Below are positions 1-11,033 of a stretch of 64,000 nt of DNA, piece after piece; within the stretch, counting starts at the first letter, position 1; the number at the start of each line of letters is the position of its first letter. Source of the DNA: Candidatus Cloacimonadales bacterium (lineage in GTDB: Bacteria; Cloacimonadota; Cloacimonadia; Cloacimonadales; JAFGVF01); NCBI GenBank assembly GCA_963662585.1, contig OY759729.1, forward strand, positions 1,984,001-2,048,000, read 5' to 3'. The position numbers were made by a program, and so were the translations under genes. A model generated the notes under the pieces. The model was not told the DNA's origin and did not search any database. It worked only from the letters and a program-made list of their open reading frames with translations.

Positions 1-3000
1 AAGGTAGGATATCACTTATTGAAAGTTCTGAAGACTCAGAGACATTAAAAGTTATTGTTTTGACAGAAGGTCTATTTAGATTATCAAAAGCTAAAATTTT
101 TAGAGTATGATTTCCAGGAGTTAGATTATTGATTTGGTATTCAATCTGACCTGCTTGGTAAGAATCAAGATCAAATTTAAAGTAAGGAGTGATATCGAAA
201 GAATTGAAGTCATCATCAATCATAAGAAGTAGTTGATGACCTGAACCACCCGAAATGTTGATACCATTATCATCGCTAATATCTACTAGTAAGAGAGGAT
301 TTTGTGAGACTACATCTCCATCTCTAAAATCATAAGACTCGAGCCAGATAGATATTTCAGGAGCTGATTCATTTACTACATTATAGTTTTGTCCAGCAAA
401 TTCAATCGGGTAATAGTAGTCAATAATCTCTTCTTTAGAAATAGGATCAAAGCCATAAACAATTATTTTTCCTTCCTCACCATCAATAATATCATCAGGA
501 ACTACGAATGCAGAAGAATATAGACCATTAGAAATACTAGATTCTCCATTAAAAATACTAGAGCCTGGCACTAGAATATTGTAGTTAGAAAGAGGAAGAT
601 AAGTGTCTGATTGAAAAGCTAAGACTTGTGAAGTTTCAATATTAATATTATCATTCAAATTACCAGAGAACTTAACTGTTTCTCTTGCTTGGAAGGAAGT
701 CTTCTCATCATCAAAAACAATATTTCTTCTGCTTAATGGAGGTGTGATTTCTAAATGTGGATCTCCAAAGAGAATATATTTAGATTGATTAACATTTGAA
801 GAGAGTTCTCTTGCTTTAGTAAGCATGATAGCGGTGCCGATATCTTCTCTAGTCTCTAAAGAAAAATAGAGCAAATTACCAACCATATCGTTATTGTTAG
901 GTATAAAGCAAAGTCTGGTAGAACCCCAAGTAGCAATTGCTCCTCCGCTATTATACTTAAGCAAATCTGAAGATAGGCAATCGAAATCAGGACTATCAAA
1001 CTGGGATGCATCGCAAGCTGCAGAGATAAAGAAAGTTCTTTTATCATCATTTGTTAATAAAGGTGTGTCAATTCCTTGTCTGAAGTAAGCTTCTGAACCA
1101 AGTTGGTCATAAGAACCATGACCTGAATAATAAGTTAAAAGCGCACCTTGGTTAATTCCTTCAATAAAATCATTTCTGGCATTAGGTTTTTTCCCAAATT
1201 CATCTGCTTCGTATTGGAAGGCATAGATTCTTTTATTAATGAGTGATGATGGGGCGTTAAGAATAGCATTATTTAATTGTACAGTATGACTTGTCTCAGA
1301 AGTACTAGTACCATTTTTAAAGTCATCTGCAATAAAAAGTCCAGTATTTCTCCACCAGTCAATAGAAAAATCTTTATTAGAATATGCTTCAAATTTATCA
1401 ATCATCATATCTAATTCTGTGGCATTCTTAGCTGGGTATCTACCAATAGCTAATTCTGGTTTAATAGTTTGGGTAAGGTAAGTGAAATAGTCATCTGAGG
1501 TGGTAGCATCTCCAACCCCGGAGTTACCATTTTGATAGATAATCATCTTATTTTTTTCAGCTGAGTTGCTCTTATAGCCTTTCCAATCATAAGTACCTAC
1601 ACCGAGAAGGGTTACATATTGAATCTCTCTTCCAAGCTCAGAACTATAAATATGAGTTAAGAAATTTCTGATAGCAGTTGGGTCATCCATACCACCAGAG
1701 AACTGGTTAAAAATATCAGACATTTTAACTATTGAGGTTGAAGAATTATAGACACTTTCATAAATCTCTTTTAACCTTGATGCTTGGCTTTGAAACACTT
1801 CAGGATAGATAATAATACTCTCTTTACCTAAAGATGGGCTTATTATATCTATTGGGCTTACTGAACTTATACTTGCAGAAAGATAGTCATTATTAGTAAC
1901 ATAGAATTTTGAAACAAAGTAGTCAGATTGATTAAGAATTAGATTAGGAACCATACCTGTGAAAAGGAGCTCATTATTTTCCAGATTATAAGATAACTCT
2001 TTTGTTTCATAAATGTTATTGGTTGAGAATACTCTAGTATTACTGGAAAAGCTACCTTCAACTGAATATTTAACAAATTCACCTAGGTCATTTTCTCGGA
2101 AATTAATTCCTAATTGGCTACCAGAGTATTTTTTATTTTTCTTCATATACTGTAGCTCTATATAATCCAAAAAGAGATTATCTTGATTAGTTCTATGGAC
2201 TGTAATACCAATACTATTCTCTCCATTTGTTAAAGAAGAAACTTTTTCTTTAAGTATTTTATAAGTATATCCATACCAAACATTATTAGAAGATAGGGTA
2301 TTGTTGTTAATTGAAAGAGATACTTCATGCCTTTTGGAAGAGGTGGAAGTTCCATTATATTCTTCAATGAGGATTGCTTTTACGAAACTATTTTCATTGT
2401 TGTCAGCTATATCAAGATCAGAAATTGAGAGATCAAAGTTACTTGTAGTAGTAGAAGTTCCAGTTAGAAAATTGGAATACCAGTAGAGGTTAGTCTGTAG
2501 GCGTTTATAAAACTCTCTTTCATATCTAACATTTTGGGGGTTATTAGTTCTAGTTACTGTAGCTGAAGGTGAACTATCCTCAAACTCCATTCTTAAGGGG
2601 AGAGAATCTAAAACTGCATCATAAGATAGCCAATATATCCCAGCGTCTGAATAAGGGTTAATAGATAGTTTATTACCAATTTCAGATAAGTAATCATAAT
2701 CATTTCGATCTCTAGCATAGAATATTATCCTATCCCCACTATCAAATGAACCATCGGACTCTCCTTCTATCAATAATGGAATCTCTCTGAAAGGAGAGCC
2801 AGCATCTGCTGTGTCTTCAGCCATTTTCTCGCCACCAGTTGTAAAAATGCGGATATTCCGAGGGTCTATATCATTTACAGGTAGGGTGTTTTGCAGATTA
2901 TTATAAGTTAAGGAGTAGATACCGTCTTTGTTTATTTCGATTTTATACCAATGGTTGGCTATTGAGAAATCTGTATAGGCTGGGTAACGGAAACGATTAT

Positions 3001-3610
3001 TTACTAAATGAAAATTACTTGGATTTACTAATGTAGTTATGAACTTTTCTTCGAACCTATCCAAAGGTGCTACTATCCTATTTGTTTCAGGAATAGGCAT
3101 AACTAGTTCAATTTTGGTGGCGACTTCTAGGGTTCTTGTGGTATAGTTATATTTGAAAGGGTTAAATTTTATCTCAGCGTAAGAAACTCTTCTGAAATTT
3201 AGGTTTGGTGTAATTTGCAGTTGAGATCTGCTAGCTCTATATTTTTCTGGGTCAATCTGATAATTGTATTGATTTATTTTATTGTGTTTTTCAACTTCAG
3301 GAATTGGCTGAATATCTTTTCTTAGCTTGATAGTCTTAGATTCTAGAATATTTACTTCTACTGAGGGACTAGAGTTTTCCGGAGTAGAGACTTGAATTAA
3401 GAAGTAGGGGAGGTTAGCTTGTCCAGCTACAGCACTTACTTGACTATTAGGAGCTGTAATAACGGCAAATTCTCCATCTTCAGAAAGTGTGAAATCGCTA
3501 TTATCTAATTCAATTATCTGGTAATTACCTTCTATTCTTACATTTTTACCCATTGCTACAAGTACTAATATATTTATTAGTATCAACACAATTAACAAAT
3601 ATCTTTTCAT
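1..3610 (-). CDS. C25 (gingipain-family) cysteine peptidase, PorU-like sortase; 3' end runs off the window
   Basis: Not in the ORF track because it has no stop in the window. Manual translation of sampled segments from ATG 3610: signal peptide MKRYLLIVLILINILVLVA, propeptide-like region, PorU-like WYKIEINKDGIYSL and IIFYARD, C25 motifs IFNQFSGGMDDPTAIRNFL, ELAIGRYPA, YYSGHGS (His), FFISAACDASQFD (Cys), GGAIATWGSTR, YILFGDP. Frame checked at ~950. Confidence 0.85.
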   Translation of the reverse strand, partial: MKRYLLIVLILINILVLVAMGKNVRIEGNYQIIELDNSDFTLSEDGEFAVITAPNSQVSAVAGQANLPYFLIQVSTPENSSPSVEVNILESKTIKLRKDIQPIPEVEKHNKINQYNYQIDPEKYRASRSQLQITPNLNFRRVSYAEIKFNPFKYNYTTRTLEVATKIELVMPIPETNRIVAPLDRFEEKFITTLVNPSNFHLVNNRFRYPAYTDFSIANHWYKIEINKDGIYSLTYNNLQNTLPVNDIDPRNIRIFTTGGEKMAEDTADAGSPFREIPLLIEGESDGSFDSGDRIIFYARDRNDYDYLSEIGNKLSINPYSDAGIYWLSYDAVLDSLPLRMEFEDSSPSATVTRTNNPQNVRYEREFYKRLQTNLYWYSNFLTGTSTTTSNFDLSISDLDIADNNENSFVKAILIEEYNGTSTSSKRHEVSLSINNNTLSSNNVWYGYTYKILKEKVSSLTNGENSIGITVHRTNQDNLFLDYIELQYMKKNKKYSGSQLGINFRENDLGEFVKYSVEGSFSSNTRVFSTNNIYETKELSYNLENNELLFTGMVPNLILNQSDYFVSKFYVTNNDYLSASISSVSPIDIISPSLGKESIIIYPEVFQSQASRLKEIYESVYNSSTSIVKMSDIFNQFSGGMDDPTAIRNFLTHIYSSELGREIQYVTLLGVGTYDWKGYKSNSAEKNKMIIYQNGNSGVGDATTSDDYFTYLTQTIKPELAIGRYPAKNATELDMMIDKFEAYSNKDFSIDWWRNTGLFIADDFKNGTSTSETSHTVQLNNAILNAPSSLINKRIYAFQYEADEFGKKPNARNDFIEGINQGALLTYYSGHGSYDQLGSEAYFRQGIDTPLLTNDDKRTFFISAACDASQFDSPDFDCLSSDLLKYNSGGAIATWGSTRLCFIPNNNDMVGNLLYFSLETREDIGTAIMLTKARELSSNVNQSKYILFGDPHLEITPPLSRRNIVFDDEKTSFQARETVKFSGNLNDNINIETSQVLAFQSDTYLPLSNYNILVPGSSIFNGESSISNGLYSSAFVVPDDIIDGEEGKIIVYGFDPISKEEIIDYYYPIEFAGQNYNVVNESAPEISIWLESYDFRDGDVVSQNPLLLVDISDDNGINISGGSGHQLLLMIDDDFNSFDITPYFKFDLDSYQAGQIEYQINNLTPGNHTLKILAFDNLNRPSVKTITFNVSESSELSISDILP

Positions 3611-3779
3611 TTTACCCTCAATAATTTTCTTTATCATATTTTCTCTGAGTTAATATTATTAGTATATCTTGACTGTCAATAATTAAAGCTTATGCTATTA
3701 AGAATAACATCAAAATATATAATAAGTGATTTCTTATTTCTAAACAATTAATAAATAAATAATCAGCTATTTCCTGATA

Positions 3780-5432
3780 CTATTTGGCTAGAATTAATTT
3801 TTTGGTAACTGTCTCCTCTTTAAACTTTGCAGAAACAAAATAGATACCACTACTCAATTTATCAGTAATGTTATGAATATCATAGATATCTGTATTTGTT
3901 TTAGGTTTTACACTAGCAATCAACTGTCCTTTGATATTGAAAACAGAAATCTCTTGTATTGGATTTTCCTGATTTTTTACTTTTAAAAAGCTAGTACTTG
4001 AAGTAGGATTAGGAAAAATAGTAACTCTTGCTTTTTCATTTATTTCAATAACATCAGAAGATTCTATTGAAGAATAAGTGAAAGTAAATGGCTGGCTAAA
4101 GAAGTTTGCTTGCTCCATAGACATTATCTCTAACCACAAATATCCACTAGAATCTAATTCTTCTAAAGAAAATGAGTAATTATTGCTAAGAATAGAGTTT
4201 TGTGCCGGAATAAAATGAGCATTAACTTTCATAGCATCTTCTAGGCGAGAACTTTCTGCAAAATATAGATTATAACCAATTAGATTAGATTCTCCATAGC
4301 TTGTCCAGTTAAATAGACATCCTGTGTCATTCCAGGCAAATTCTGTGCTAAATAGAGACACAGGTAAAGTCTCATCAATCACAAATTCTCCTGGGTTTGA
4401 ATCTGCAGCTGAATTTGCAGAATAGAAATCCCAGCTATCACTATCTGTCTCTTCAGAAGCAATTAGGTTTGACGATTTTCTCCTAGCATATCCTTCATAA
4501 AAATTAATTCCCACAACTTTATCTATTATCTCTCTGCTATCATTACTAACAATTTGAGCACCGTCATTATCACTGGGAATTCCAGCCCAGAACCTACTTC
4601 TTGAGCTCCAATCACCATATCCAATATTACAGAAGGATCCTGAAGCATCATTGTCCCCTATTACTAAGGATTGACGAGCTAGTATAATACCACTTAATTC
4701 CCAAGTAAAGATTACACTGTTGCTATGAATACTATCTAAATTAAAGTTGGATAAGTCTATCAGACGATCTCCTATATTGGTGATTTGAATATATCTATCA
4801 TCATAGTTTAAGCCTTCTGGTGAACATAATTTTGTAATTAACAAATCAGAACTATTCCCTAGGTTAGTTTCTGAGTATAGATTCACTTCTCTAAGTTTGA
4901 AGATTTCATTATCAGCACTACAATCTACTTCAACAAGTAATTGACACTGGCTAGTATTTGAAATCTGTCCGGAAATTTTTACTTTATTAGCATCCCCGTT
5001 ATTTTCATAGAATAATTCATAATTTTGATTATCATCATAATAACCAATGCGAACAAAATCTTTTAATGATAGAGAAGACATATCCCAAGTATCTGTAGTC
5101 TCTAGGCTGAAGTCAGCGAAATAAGTTTTATTAGAATCTAGTTCAATAATCTTACTTTTCCACAGCACTCCCACGCCAGTAGTATCTAACTGGGAAGAGC
5201 AATCTAAATCTCTGGCTTCCAAAAGACCATTTTTTACCATAAACCAGTCTGGGCTCGTAGTGTTTTGTAAAGTAACTCCTCGTAAATCAATTTCCCATTC
5301 TTGTGTGGGTAAGTAAAGCTCGTTTCCAAAATAACCGTAACCATTTTCATTAGGAAAATTTGTTCCCCATATCATTTCATAACCATCAGAAATGACTGGT
5401 GATAATATTAATACCAATAAAATAACTATCAT
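3780..5432 (-). CDS. Secreted protein with lamin-tail-like domain and T9SS-type C-terminal sorting domain
   Basis: Signal peptide; LLITKL...DRYIQITNIGDRLIDLSNF (LTD-like); TLPVSL...W.SYGESNLIGYNLY module; C-terminus IFPNPT...ISVFNIKGQLI...LSSGIYFV...TKKLILAK. Confidence 0.8.
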   Translation of the reverse strand: MIVILLVLILSPVISDGYEMIWGTNFPNENGYGYFGNELYLPTQEWEIDLRGVTLQNTTSPDWFMVKNGLLEARDLDCSSQLDTTGVGVLWKSKIIELDSNKTYFADFSLETTDTWDMSSLSLKDFVRIGYYDDNQNYELFYENNGDANKVKISGQISNTSQCQLLVEVDCSADNEIFKLREVNLYSETNLGNSSDLLITKLCSPEGLNYDDRYIQITNIGDRLIDLSNFNLDSIHSNSVIFTWELSGIILARQSLVIGDNDASGSFCNIGYGDWSSRSRFWAGIPSDNDGAQIVSNDSREIIDKVVGINFYEGYARRKSSNLIASEETDSDSWDFYSANSAADSNPGEFVIDETLPVSLFSTEFAWNDTGCLFNWTSYGESNLIGYNLYFAESSRLEDAMKVNAHFIPAQNSILSNNYSFSLEELDSSGYLWLEIMSMEQANFFSQPFTFTYSSIESSDVIEINEKARVTIFPNPTSSTSFLKVKNQENPIQEISVFNIKGQLIASVKPKTNTDIYDIHNITDKLSSGIYFVSAKFKEETVTKKLILAK

Positions 5433-5497
5433 GTTTACCTCTTTGATTAATGATAAGTCATGTAAACAACAATATATATTATTAGCAAGGAATTTTT

Positions 5498-7864
5498 TTA
5501 TAATAAAGAGGTGGGGTCTACATCGATGTCAATTTTCACAGAGCTTTTTTTACTAAATTCTTCTCTAAATGACTTCAAAACAGAGGAAATTACAGCTACA
5601 TCTTTACCCTTGAAGATAAGATGATGACGATATTTATTATTTATTTTTACTAGAGGAGCAGGAGTAGGTCCTAGTACTTTAAGCTCTTCATAAGAATAGT
5701 TGTGAGCTAAAGAATCAAAGAAGTTTTGATGTTTCTGGAAGAGCTTGGTAATACTTGCTTCATTGGCATGGGAGAAGAGAATTCTAGCAAGTCTGAAGTG
5801 AGGAGGATAGAAGAGATTATACCTCATTCTAAGTTCAATTTCTGCCATTTTAAGGAAGTCTTGTTCTGCCGAGTTCTTAATTGCATAATGAGTCGGGAGA
5901 TAGGTTTGAATATAAACTTCTCCCACCTTATCACCTCTTCCTGCTCTCCCTGCAACTTGGGTAAGAAGCTGAAATGCTCTCTCTGAAGCTCTAAAATCTG
6001 GTAAGTTAAGACTAATATCTGCCAAGATAACTCCAACCAAGGTAACATTGGGAAAATCTAATCCTTTGGAAATCATCTGAGTGCCTATTAAGATATCTAT
6101 ACTGCCATCAGACATCATTTCATACATATCTGTATAGCTTTTTTTCTTGCTAGTAGTATCAGAGTCCATTCTTAATATCTTAGCAGTAGGGAAGAGAACC
6201 CTAATCTGCTCTTCTAATTTTTGAGTTCCCCCTGCTCCATAAGAGAAAGTGTAGTGTCCACATTTATCACATTTTCTCGGGGTAGGCTTGCGGTAACCAC
6301 AATAATGACATACAACTTCTTCCGTATAGCTATGATAATGCAGACTAATATCGCAATTAGGACAAGTTACTAGTTCACCACAATTTTTACACTGCAAGAA
6401 AGTTGAATACCCTCTTCTATTTTGGAAGAGAATTGTCTGTTCTTTTCTTTCTAGATTAGCTTTGATAGCACTAGTAAGCTCTTCTGAAATAAGAATATCT
6501 TTCTGCTGTTTCTTCATATCTATGATATTAACTTTAGGTAGGAATATGCCTTCAGGACGATTGAGAAGTTGATTTAACTCATATTTACCTTTTAGGGCAT
6601 TATTCCAAGATTCCAATGATGGAGTTGCAGAACCTAATATCAAGGGACAATGATTAATTTTACTTCTAATAACGGCTAAATCTCTAGCATTATACCGTGG
6701 ACTATTATCTTGTTTATAAGATCCCTCATGCTCTTCATCAACTACAACTAAGCCAATATTCTCTAAAGGAGCGAAAATAGCAGATCTAGCCCCAATAATT
6801 ATTCTACACTCATGATTTTTTATTCGCTTCCATTCATAAAGTCTCTCTCTATCACTCAAGTGACTATGCAAGATAGCAATTTTTTCACCAAAGGCACTAT
6901 AGAATCTATCTACTGCTTGAGGAGTCAGCGAAATCTCAGGCACTAAGAGAAGAGCATTCTTTCCTAGAGTGAGTACTTTCTCCATAATCCTGATATATAT
7001 TTCAGTCTTGCCACTACCAGTGATACCGTAGAGAAGATGAACTTTATATTTTTCTAAGTCCTCCTCAATATTGGCGATAACCTTAGTTTGTTCATCTGTT
7101 AAAGTTACTATTTTTCTATCTTTTCTTACAGGTAATAAATCAATATTTTCACTAACTTCAATAGGGATTATTTTAATTAAAGACTTCTCTTGCAAAACCT
7201 TAATAATAGAATATGAAAACTCTTTAGCTAATTCTGAAAGAGGGATAATCTTATCACTATCTACTAGAGTAGAATAAGCTAAAAGTTGTTTGGGCGAAAG
7301 TTTTGGTACTTCTGCTACTTCTTCCAAAAAGACAAAATTAGCCTTTTTTACTTTAACTTTTTTATCATACATTCGCTTAATTTCGATATATTCTTTTTTC
7401 TCAAAATCTTCTAAAAGTTGATAAGAGAGGCCTTCTTTCAGTCTTGATTTTAATTCACTTAACTCAAACCAGGATCCACTTTTTATCTCTTGAAAAAGAA
7501 AAGTAGCATTGTTTTGAAGACCTTTTTCATCTTTTATTCTTATTTCACTTTGAATCTCAACTGAAATACCCTTAGGTAACATAGAAAACATTGCTTTCCC
7601 GACACTACATTGATAATATCCAGACATCCAGAAGCTCAACTCCCATAAATCTTTAGGTAATATATCTTCTCTATCAATTACCTCAATTATCTCTTTGTAG
7701 TTAATTTTTGGATTAATATCCTGAATTTCAGCTACAATAATCCCAGTTCGGATGCTATTCCCAAAAGGGACTATACATCTTCTGTTCAAAGATTGAGTCT
7801 GCTCACTTACATAAGTAAAGGTGTTTGATATATCTATATTTAAGGCTATTTCATAATATTTCAT
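5498..7864 (-). CDS. priA: Primosomal protein N' (replication restart helicase)
   Basis: GITGSGKT, DEEHE, LGSATPS, Cys-rich zinc region, KGLDFP, QVAGRAGR, C-terminal DVDP. Confidence 0.97.
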   Translation of the reverse strand: MKYYEIALNIDISNTFTYVSEQTQSLNRRCIVPFGNSIRTGIIVAEIQDINPKINYKEIIEVIDREDILPKDLWELSFWMSGYYQCSVGKAMFSMLPKGISVEIQSEIRIKDEKGLQNNATFLFQEIKSGSWFELSELKSRLKEGLSYQLLEDFEKKEYIEIKRMYDKKVKVKKANFVFLEEVAEVPKLSPKQLLAYSTLVDSDKIIPLSELAKEFSYSIIKVLQEKSLIKIIPIEVSENIDLLPVRKDRKIVTLTDEQTKVIANIEEDLEKYKVHLLYGITGSGKTEIYIRIMEKVLTLGKNALLLVPEISLTPQAVDRFYSAFGEKIAILHSHLSDRERLYEWKRIKNHECRIIIGARSAIFAPLENIGLVVVDEEHEGSYKQDNSPRYNARDLAVIRSKINHCPLILGSATPSLESWNNALKGKYELNQLLNRPEGIFLPKVNIIDMKKQQKDILISEELTSAIKANLERKEQTILFQNRRGYSTFLQCKNCGELVTCPNCDISLHYHSYTEEVVCHYCGYRKPTPRKCDKCGHYTFSYGAGGTQKLEEQIRVLFPTAKILRMDSDTTSKKKSYTDMYEMMSDGSIDILIGTQMISKGLDFPNVTLVGVILADISLNLPDFRASERAFQLLTQVAGRAGRGDKVGEVYIQTYLPTHYAIKNSAEQDFLKMAEIELRMRYNLFYPPHFRLARILFSHANEASITKLFQKHQNFFDSLAHNYSYEELKVLGPTPAPLVKINNKYRHHLIFKGKDVAVISSVLKSFREEFSKKSSVKIDIDVDPTSLL

Positions 7865-8210
7865 ATTGTATCAAATTATCTGATCCATATTTTTGGCAAG
7901 AAGAATTTTAATCAGATAAAAATGAAGAAGAAGTATTATCGCTTATAATCATTGCCTTAAATCCAGATAGTGCTATTCGCCAAGGGCTACTGCTTTATTT
8001 GGGAAAAACTCTTTAGCTACTTGTCTCCCTTTTCTCTTTTAATGCTCCTTGTCACTCTTCTCAAATGTTTATTGAAGTTTGTTTGATTTGAGTGATAAGG
8101 AGGATGGGAAGACAATAAGATGTTAACTTAAAGAGGAGTTTCTTAGAGTTTTAAGAATAGGAATAATGCTGTAAAAAAACAGTCAAATTATCTATAAGTA
8201 GATAGCTTTA

Positions 8211-8240
8211 TTGACAGAATAATCCCTTTAAATATAAGTT
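8211..8240 (+). promoter_or_regulatory. Candidate sigma70 promoter for lpxK
   Basis: TTGACA at 8211-8216, followed 16-18 nt later by TATAAG/TAAGTT, just upstream of the lpxK start. Confidence 0.45.
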
Positions 8241-8258
8241 GAACTTATAATAAATAGT

Positions 8259-9356
8259 ATGAAGAAAGGAAGAGGAAAACTGATGGATATTCAAAGATTG
8301 ATAGATAATCATCTTAGGCGTAAATCATTATTATCTTATCTATTATCACCATTAGGTGTAATATATGCTAGTGTTCAAGGGCTAAGACGCTTCTTATACA
8401 GAAAGGGCTGGATAGAATCATATCAATCTAAGCTTAAAGTAATTAGCATCGGTAATATCGTCAGTGGGGGGGCCGGCAAGACTCCTTTTACAATTTATCT
8501 CTGTAAATTATTGCAAGCTCAAGGTAAGAAAGTTGTAGTTTCGCATCGAGGTTACAAAGGCGAGTATGAGGATAGTAATATCTTTATCTCTAATCAGGAA
8601 CAGATATTCGAAATTGCTTTAAAAGCGGGTGATGAACCTTTATTATTGGCTAGAAATCTACCTGGGATTCCCATAATTGTAGGGAGAGATAGAAGTCAGT
8701 CTCTCAAGTTAATAGAAGAAAAATATTCTGATACTGATTTTGTTTTATTAGATGATTCTTTTCAACATCTTAAGGTTAAGCATGATTATGATTTTGTCGT
8801 ATTTAATTCCGGATTTGGTATAGGTAATGGATTTGTATTACCTGCCGGTTTATTACGGGAATTCTTGTCTTCTGTAAAGTATGTCTCTGCAATAATCTGG
8901 AATCAGCTAGATGATAAACATATTCCTGCTGAATTATTAAATAGTGGGAAAGAAATCATTAAATTCTCTTATGAGCCTACCGGTTTGTATGATATTCATG
9001 ATCGCTTAGTAGATTTAACTGAGATTAATAGAGGACGAAATGCTTTGTTGTCAGGGATTGGTTATCCTGAAGGCTTTGAGAAAAGTGCTGGAGATTATGG
9101 GATTCTCTTTGATAGGCATTTTAAATTATCGGATCATTTTGATTATCAAGACCCTATGTTTAGAGAGAGAATAAGTACAGCAATAAGAGATTATCAGTTA
9201 AATAGTTTAATTATCACTGAGAAGGACTTCGTTAAACTTCAGCAATTACCTCCTTTCTCAGTACCTTATTATATTCTAAAAGTAAAGCTTCTTGCTAGTG
9301 ATGATTCTTTTATTTCTTCTCTTTTATTAGGTCCAGAAGTTGAGAATAATCATTAA
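8259..9356 (+). CDS. lpxK: Tetraacyldisaccharide 4'-kinase (start may be ATG 8282)
   Basis: ISIGNIVSGGAGKTP, SHRGYKG, GDEPLLL, LDDSFQH, LPAGLLRE, ITEKDFVK. Confidence 0.95.
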   Translation: MKKGRGKLMDIQRLIDNHLRRKSLLSYLLSPLGVIYASVQGLRRFLYRKGWIESYQSKLKVISIGNIVSGGAGKTPFTIYLCKLLQAQGKKVVVSHRGYKGEYEDSNIFISNQEQIFEIALKAGDEPLLLARNLPGIPIIVGRDRSQSLKLIEEKYSDTDFVLLDDSFQHLKVKHDYDFVVFNSGFGIGNGFVLPAGLLREFLSSVKYVSAIIWNQLDDKHIPAELLNSGKEIIKFSYEPTGLYDIHDRLVDLTEINRGRNALLSGIGYPEGFEKSAGDYGILFDRHFKLSDHFDYQDPMFRERISTAIRDYQLNSLIITEKDFVKLQQLPPFSVPYYILKVKLLASDDSFISSLLLGPEVENNH

Positions 9357-9942
9357 TATCGCTAAGTTTACCAGAGAAATCAGCACTATTTTTGTAGATT
9401 ATTCCTTGAAAACCTGCTCCATAGCCAGCTTGAACATCTAATAATCTATCACCGACAACAATAGTATTGGCTGGGTCTAAATTAAATTGCTTCTTTAAGA
9501 AGATGAAAGCATCTGGGTCAGGTTTTCTCTTAAAATCACAATCACCAGTAATGATATAAGAGAATAGATGAGTTATTCCTTTTTGATTTAAATGCTCAAT
9601 AAGAGAATCTTTTCCACGATGAGTAATGATATAGTTTTTTCCACCCTTTTCAAGTATATATTCAAGTGTTTCTAAAACATGAGGAAAGATTATTAGTGAT
9701 GAAATATCGTATTTAGCATATTCTTGGAGATATTCTTCAAAAAGTCTTTCGTAAGGTAGAGAACTCTTTTCTGAAATAAATTCTAAAGCATGACGAAGAG
9801 TAATTTTAGTCATCTTTAATACTTCATCATAGTCCATTATAACATTATTTCTTTTGGCTACTTGGTATGTTGAAGTTGCAATAGCTGGATAGGTATCCAT
9901 TATAGTTCCATCAAAATCCCAGATTATATTCTTTATTTTCAT
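9310..9942 (-). CDS. HAD-superfamily hydrolase (subfamily IA)
   Basis: WDFDGT motif I, RKPDP, VGDRLLDVQAG. Confidence 0.92.
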   Translation of the reverse strand: MKIKNIIWDFDGTIMDTYPAIATSTYQVAKRNNVIMDYDEVLKMTKITLRHALEFISEKSSLPYERLFEEYLQEYAKYDISSLIIFPHVLETLEYILEKGGKNYIITHRGKDSLIEHLNQKGITHLFSYIITGDCDFKRKPDPDAFIFLKKQFNLDPANTIVVGDRLLDVQAGYGAGFQGIIYKNSADFSGKLSDINDYSQLLDLIKEKK

Positions 9943-10040
9943 TAATACTCCATTATTATTTTGTTTACTAATAAAATACTAAGTCTTAAAGAACAATAAG
10001 CAAATTATTAAAGTTTAGTGTCTTATGTTAAGGGAAAGTT

Positions 10041-10646
10041 TTATAAGAATTGATAAATTAAAGTAATTAGTAAAGGAACTAAAATACTTAAAGTTACTCC
10101 ATTAAACATAGAAATAATGGCATTCTCTTTGTCAGTATATTTTATAATTACTGCCAGGGTGGTATCCATTGAAGTAGCCCCAGCACTGGCGATAGGAGCA
10201 AAGCTACCGAAGCATTTAATAATTATAGGAGCAAAAATCAAAGTTGCAATTTCACGGATTATATTACTTATTAGAGCTATTGCCCCTATCTCTTTAAATC
10301 CATATTGGGAAATCATCAGACTGGAGAGACTGTAATATCCTAATCCTGCTCCTAAACCTAAGCTATGCTTGAGGGAGATATCTGAGTAGAAAAGTCCGAG
10401 TAGCAAAGAACCTACTAGACTTCCAAGAGTTATCATTAAGGGTAAGAGGAATAGTTTCAGGTGATAGGTCTTGATTATTTTGAGAATACCTTCAGAACGG
10501 GAGATGGTTATCCCTATCCCAAAAACTAACAGATAGAGTAGATATTCCGAAATCTTATCGATATTTATCGATGAAGGGATTAATTGGAAAATACCTATCG
10601 CTATTCCTGCTAAGAAAATAAGAAGAAGTTTTAGGGAATTCCACAT
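10041..10646 (-). CDS. LysO/DUF340 family lysine exporter, larger subunit
   Basis: GLGYYSLSS, NIIRE, GATSMDTTL signature; hydrophobic. Confidence 0.88.
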   Translation of the reverse strand: MWNSLKLLLIFLAGIAIGIFQLIPSSINIDKISEYLLYLLVFGIGITISRSEGILKIIKTYHLKLFLLPLMITLGSLVGSLLLGLFYSDISLKHSLGLGAGLGYYSLSSLMISQYGFKEIGAIALISNIIREIATLIFAPIIIKCFGSFAPIASAGATSMDTTLAVIIKYTDKENAIISMFNGVTLSILVPLLITLIYQFL

Positions 10647-10918
10647 TATTTCTCCTTCTTAGGGAAAATATAGTAGAGAGGAAGTATAAATAAAATACTA
10701 CCTAAACTTGCGACTCCAGCAAATAGAACTCCCTTCAGACCTATTTGGGTCATATTATTTACTATATCAGAATTCTTTCCAATGGAAATACCCAGAAAAA
10801 GAAGGAGTAAATAGAGACTAACCGTAGTAAGAATCTCACTGTAAGAAAATATCTTGTGATATTTCTTACAAATTGTTCCAAGGACAACACCCAAAAAAAA
10901 TATTCCTATAACTATCAT
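10646..10918 (-). CDS. LysO/DUF340 family small membrane subunit
   Basis: Three hydrophobic segments, LLLFLGISIG; TAATG stop/start overlap with the downstream LysO gene. Confidence 0.8.
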   Translation of the reverse strand: MIVIGIFFLGVVLGTICKKYHKIFSYSEILTTVSLYLLLLFLGISIGKNSDIVNNMTQIGLKGVLFAGVASLGSILFILPLYYIFPKKEK

Positions 10919-11033
10919 TTTATTCTACTCTTACATCTATTATTTATTAGCTTTAAGAAAAATAACTTTACAAATCTTGTCAATCAGCATTTTAGTGAAA
11001 TAAAATAAAACTTAAAAGATATCAAGAGAAAAT

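Noticed and set aside
856..2486. Short ORFs 856-1050, 894-1088 and 2301-2486
   Set aside because: Shadow frames overlapping the long C25/PorU-like gene
10041..10918. Frameshifted lysO pseudogene
   Set aside because: A clean TAATG stop/start coupling and intact motifs fit the naturally split two-gene form
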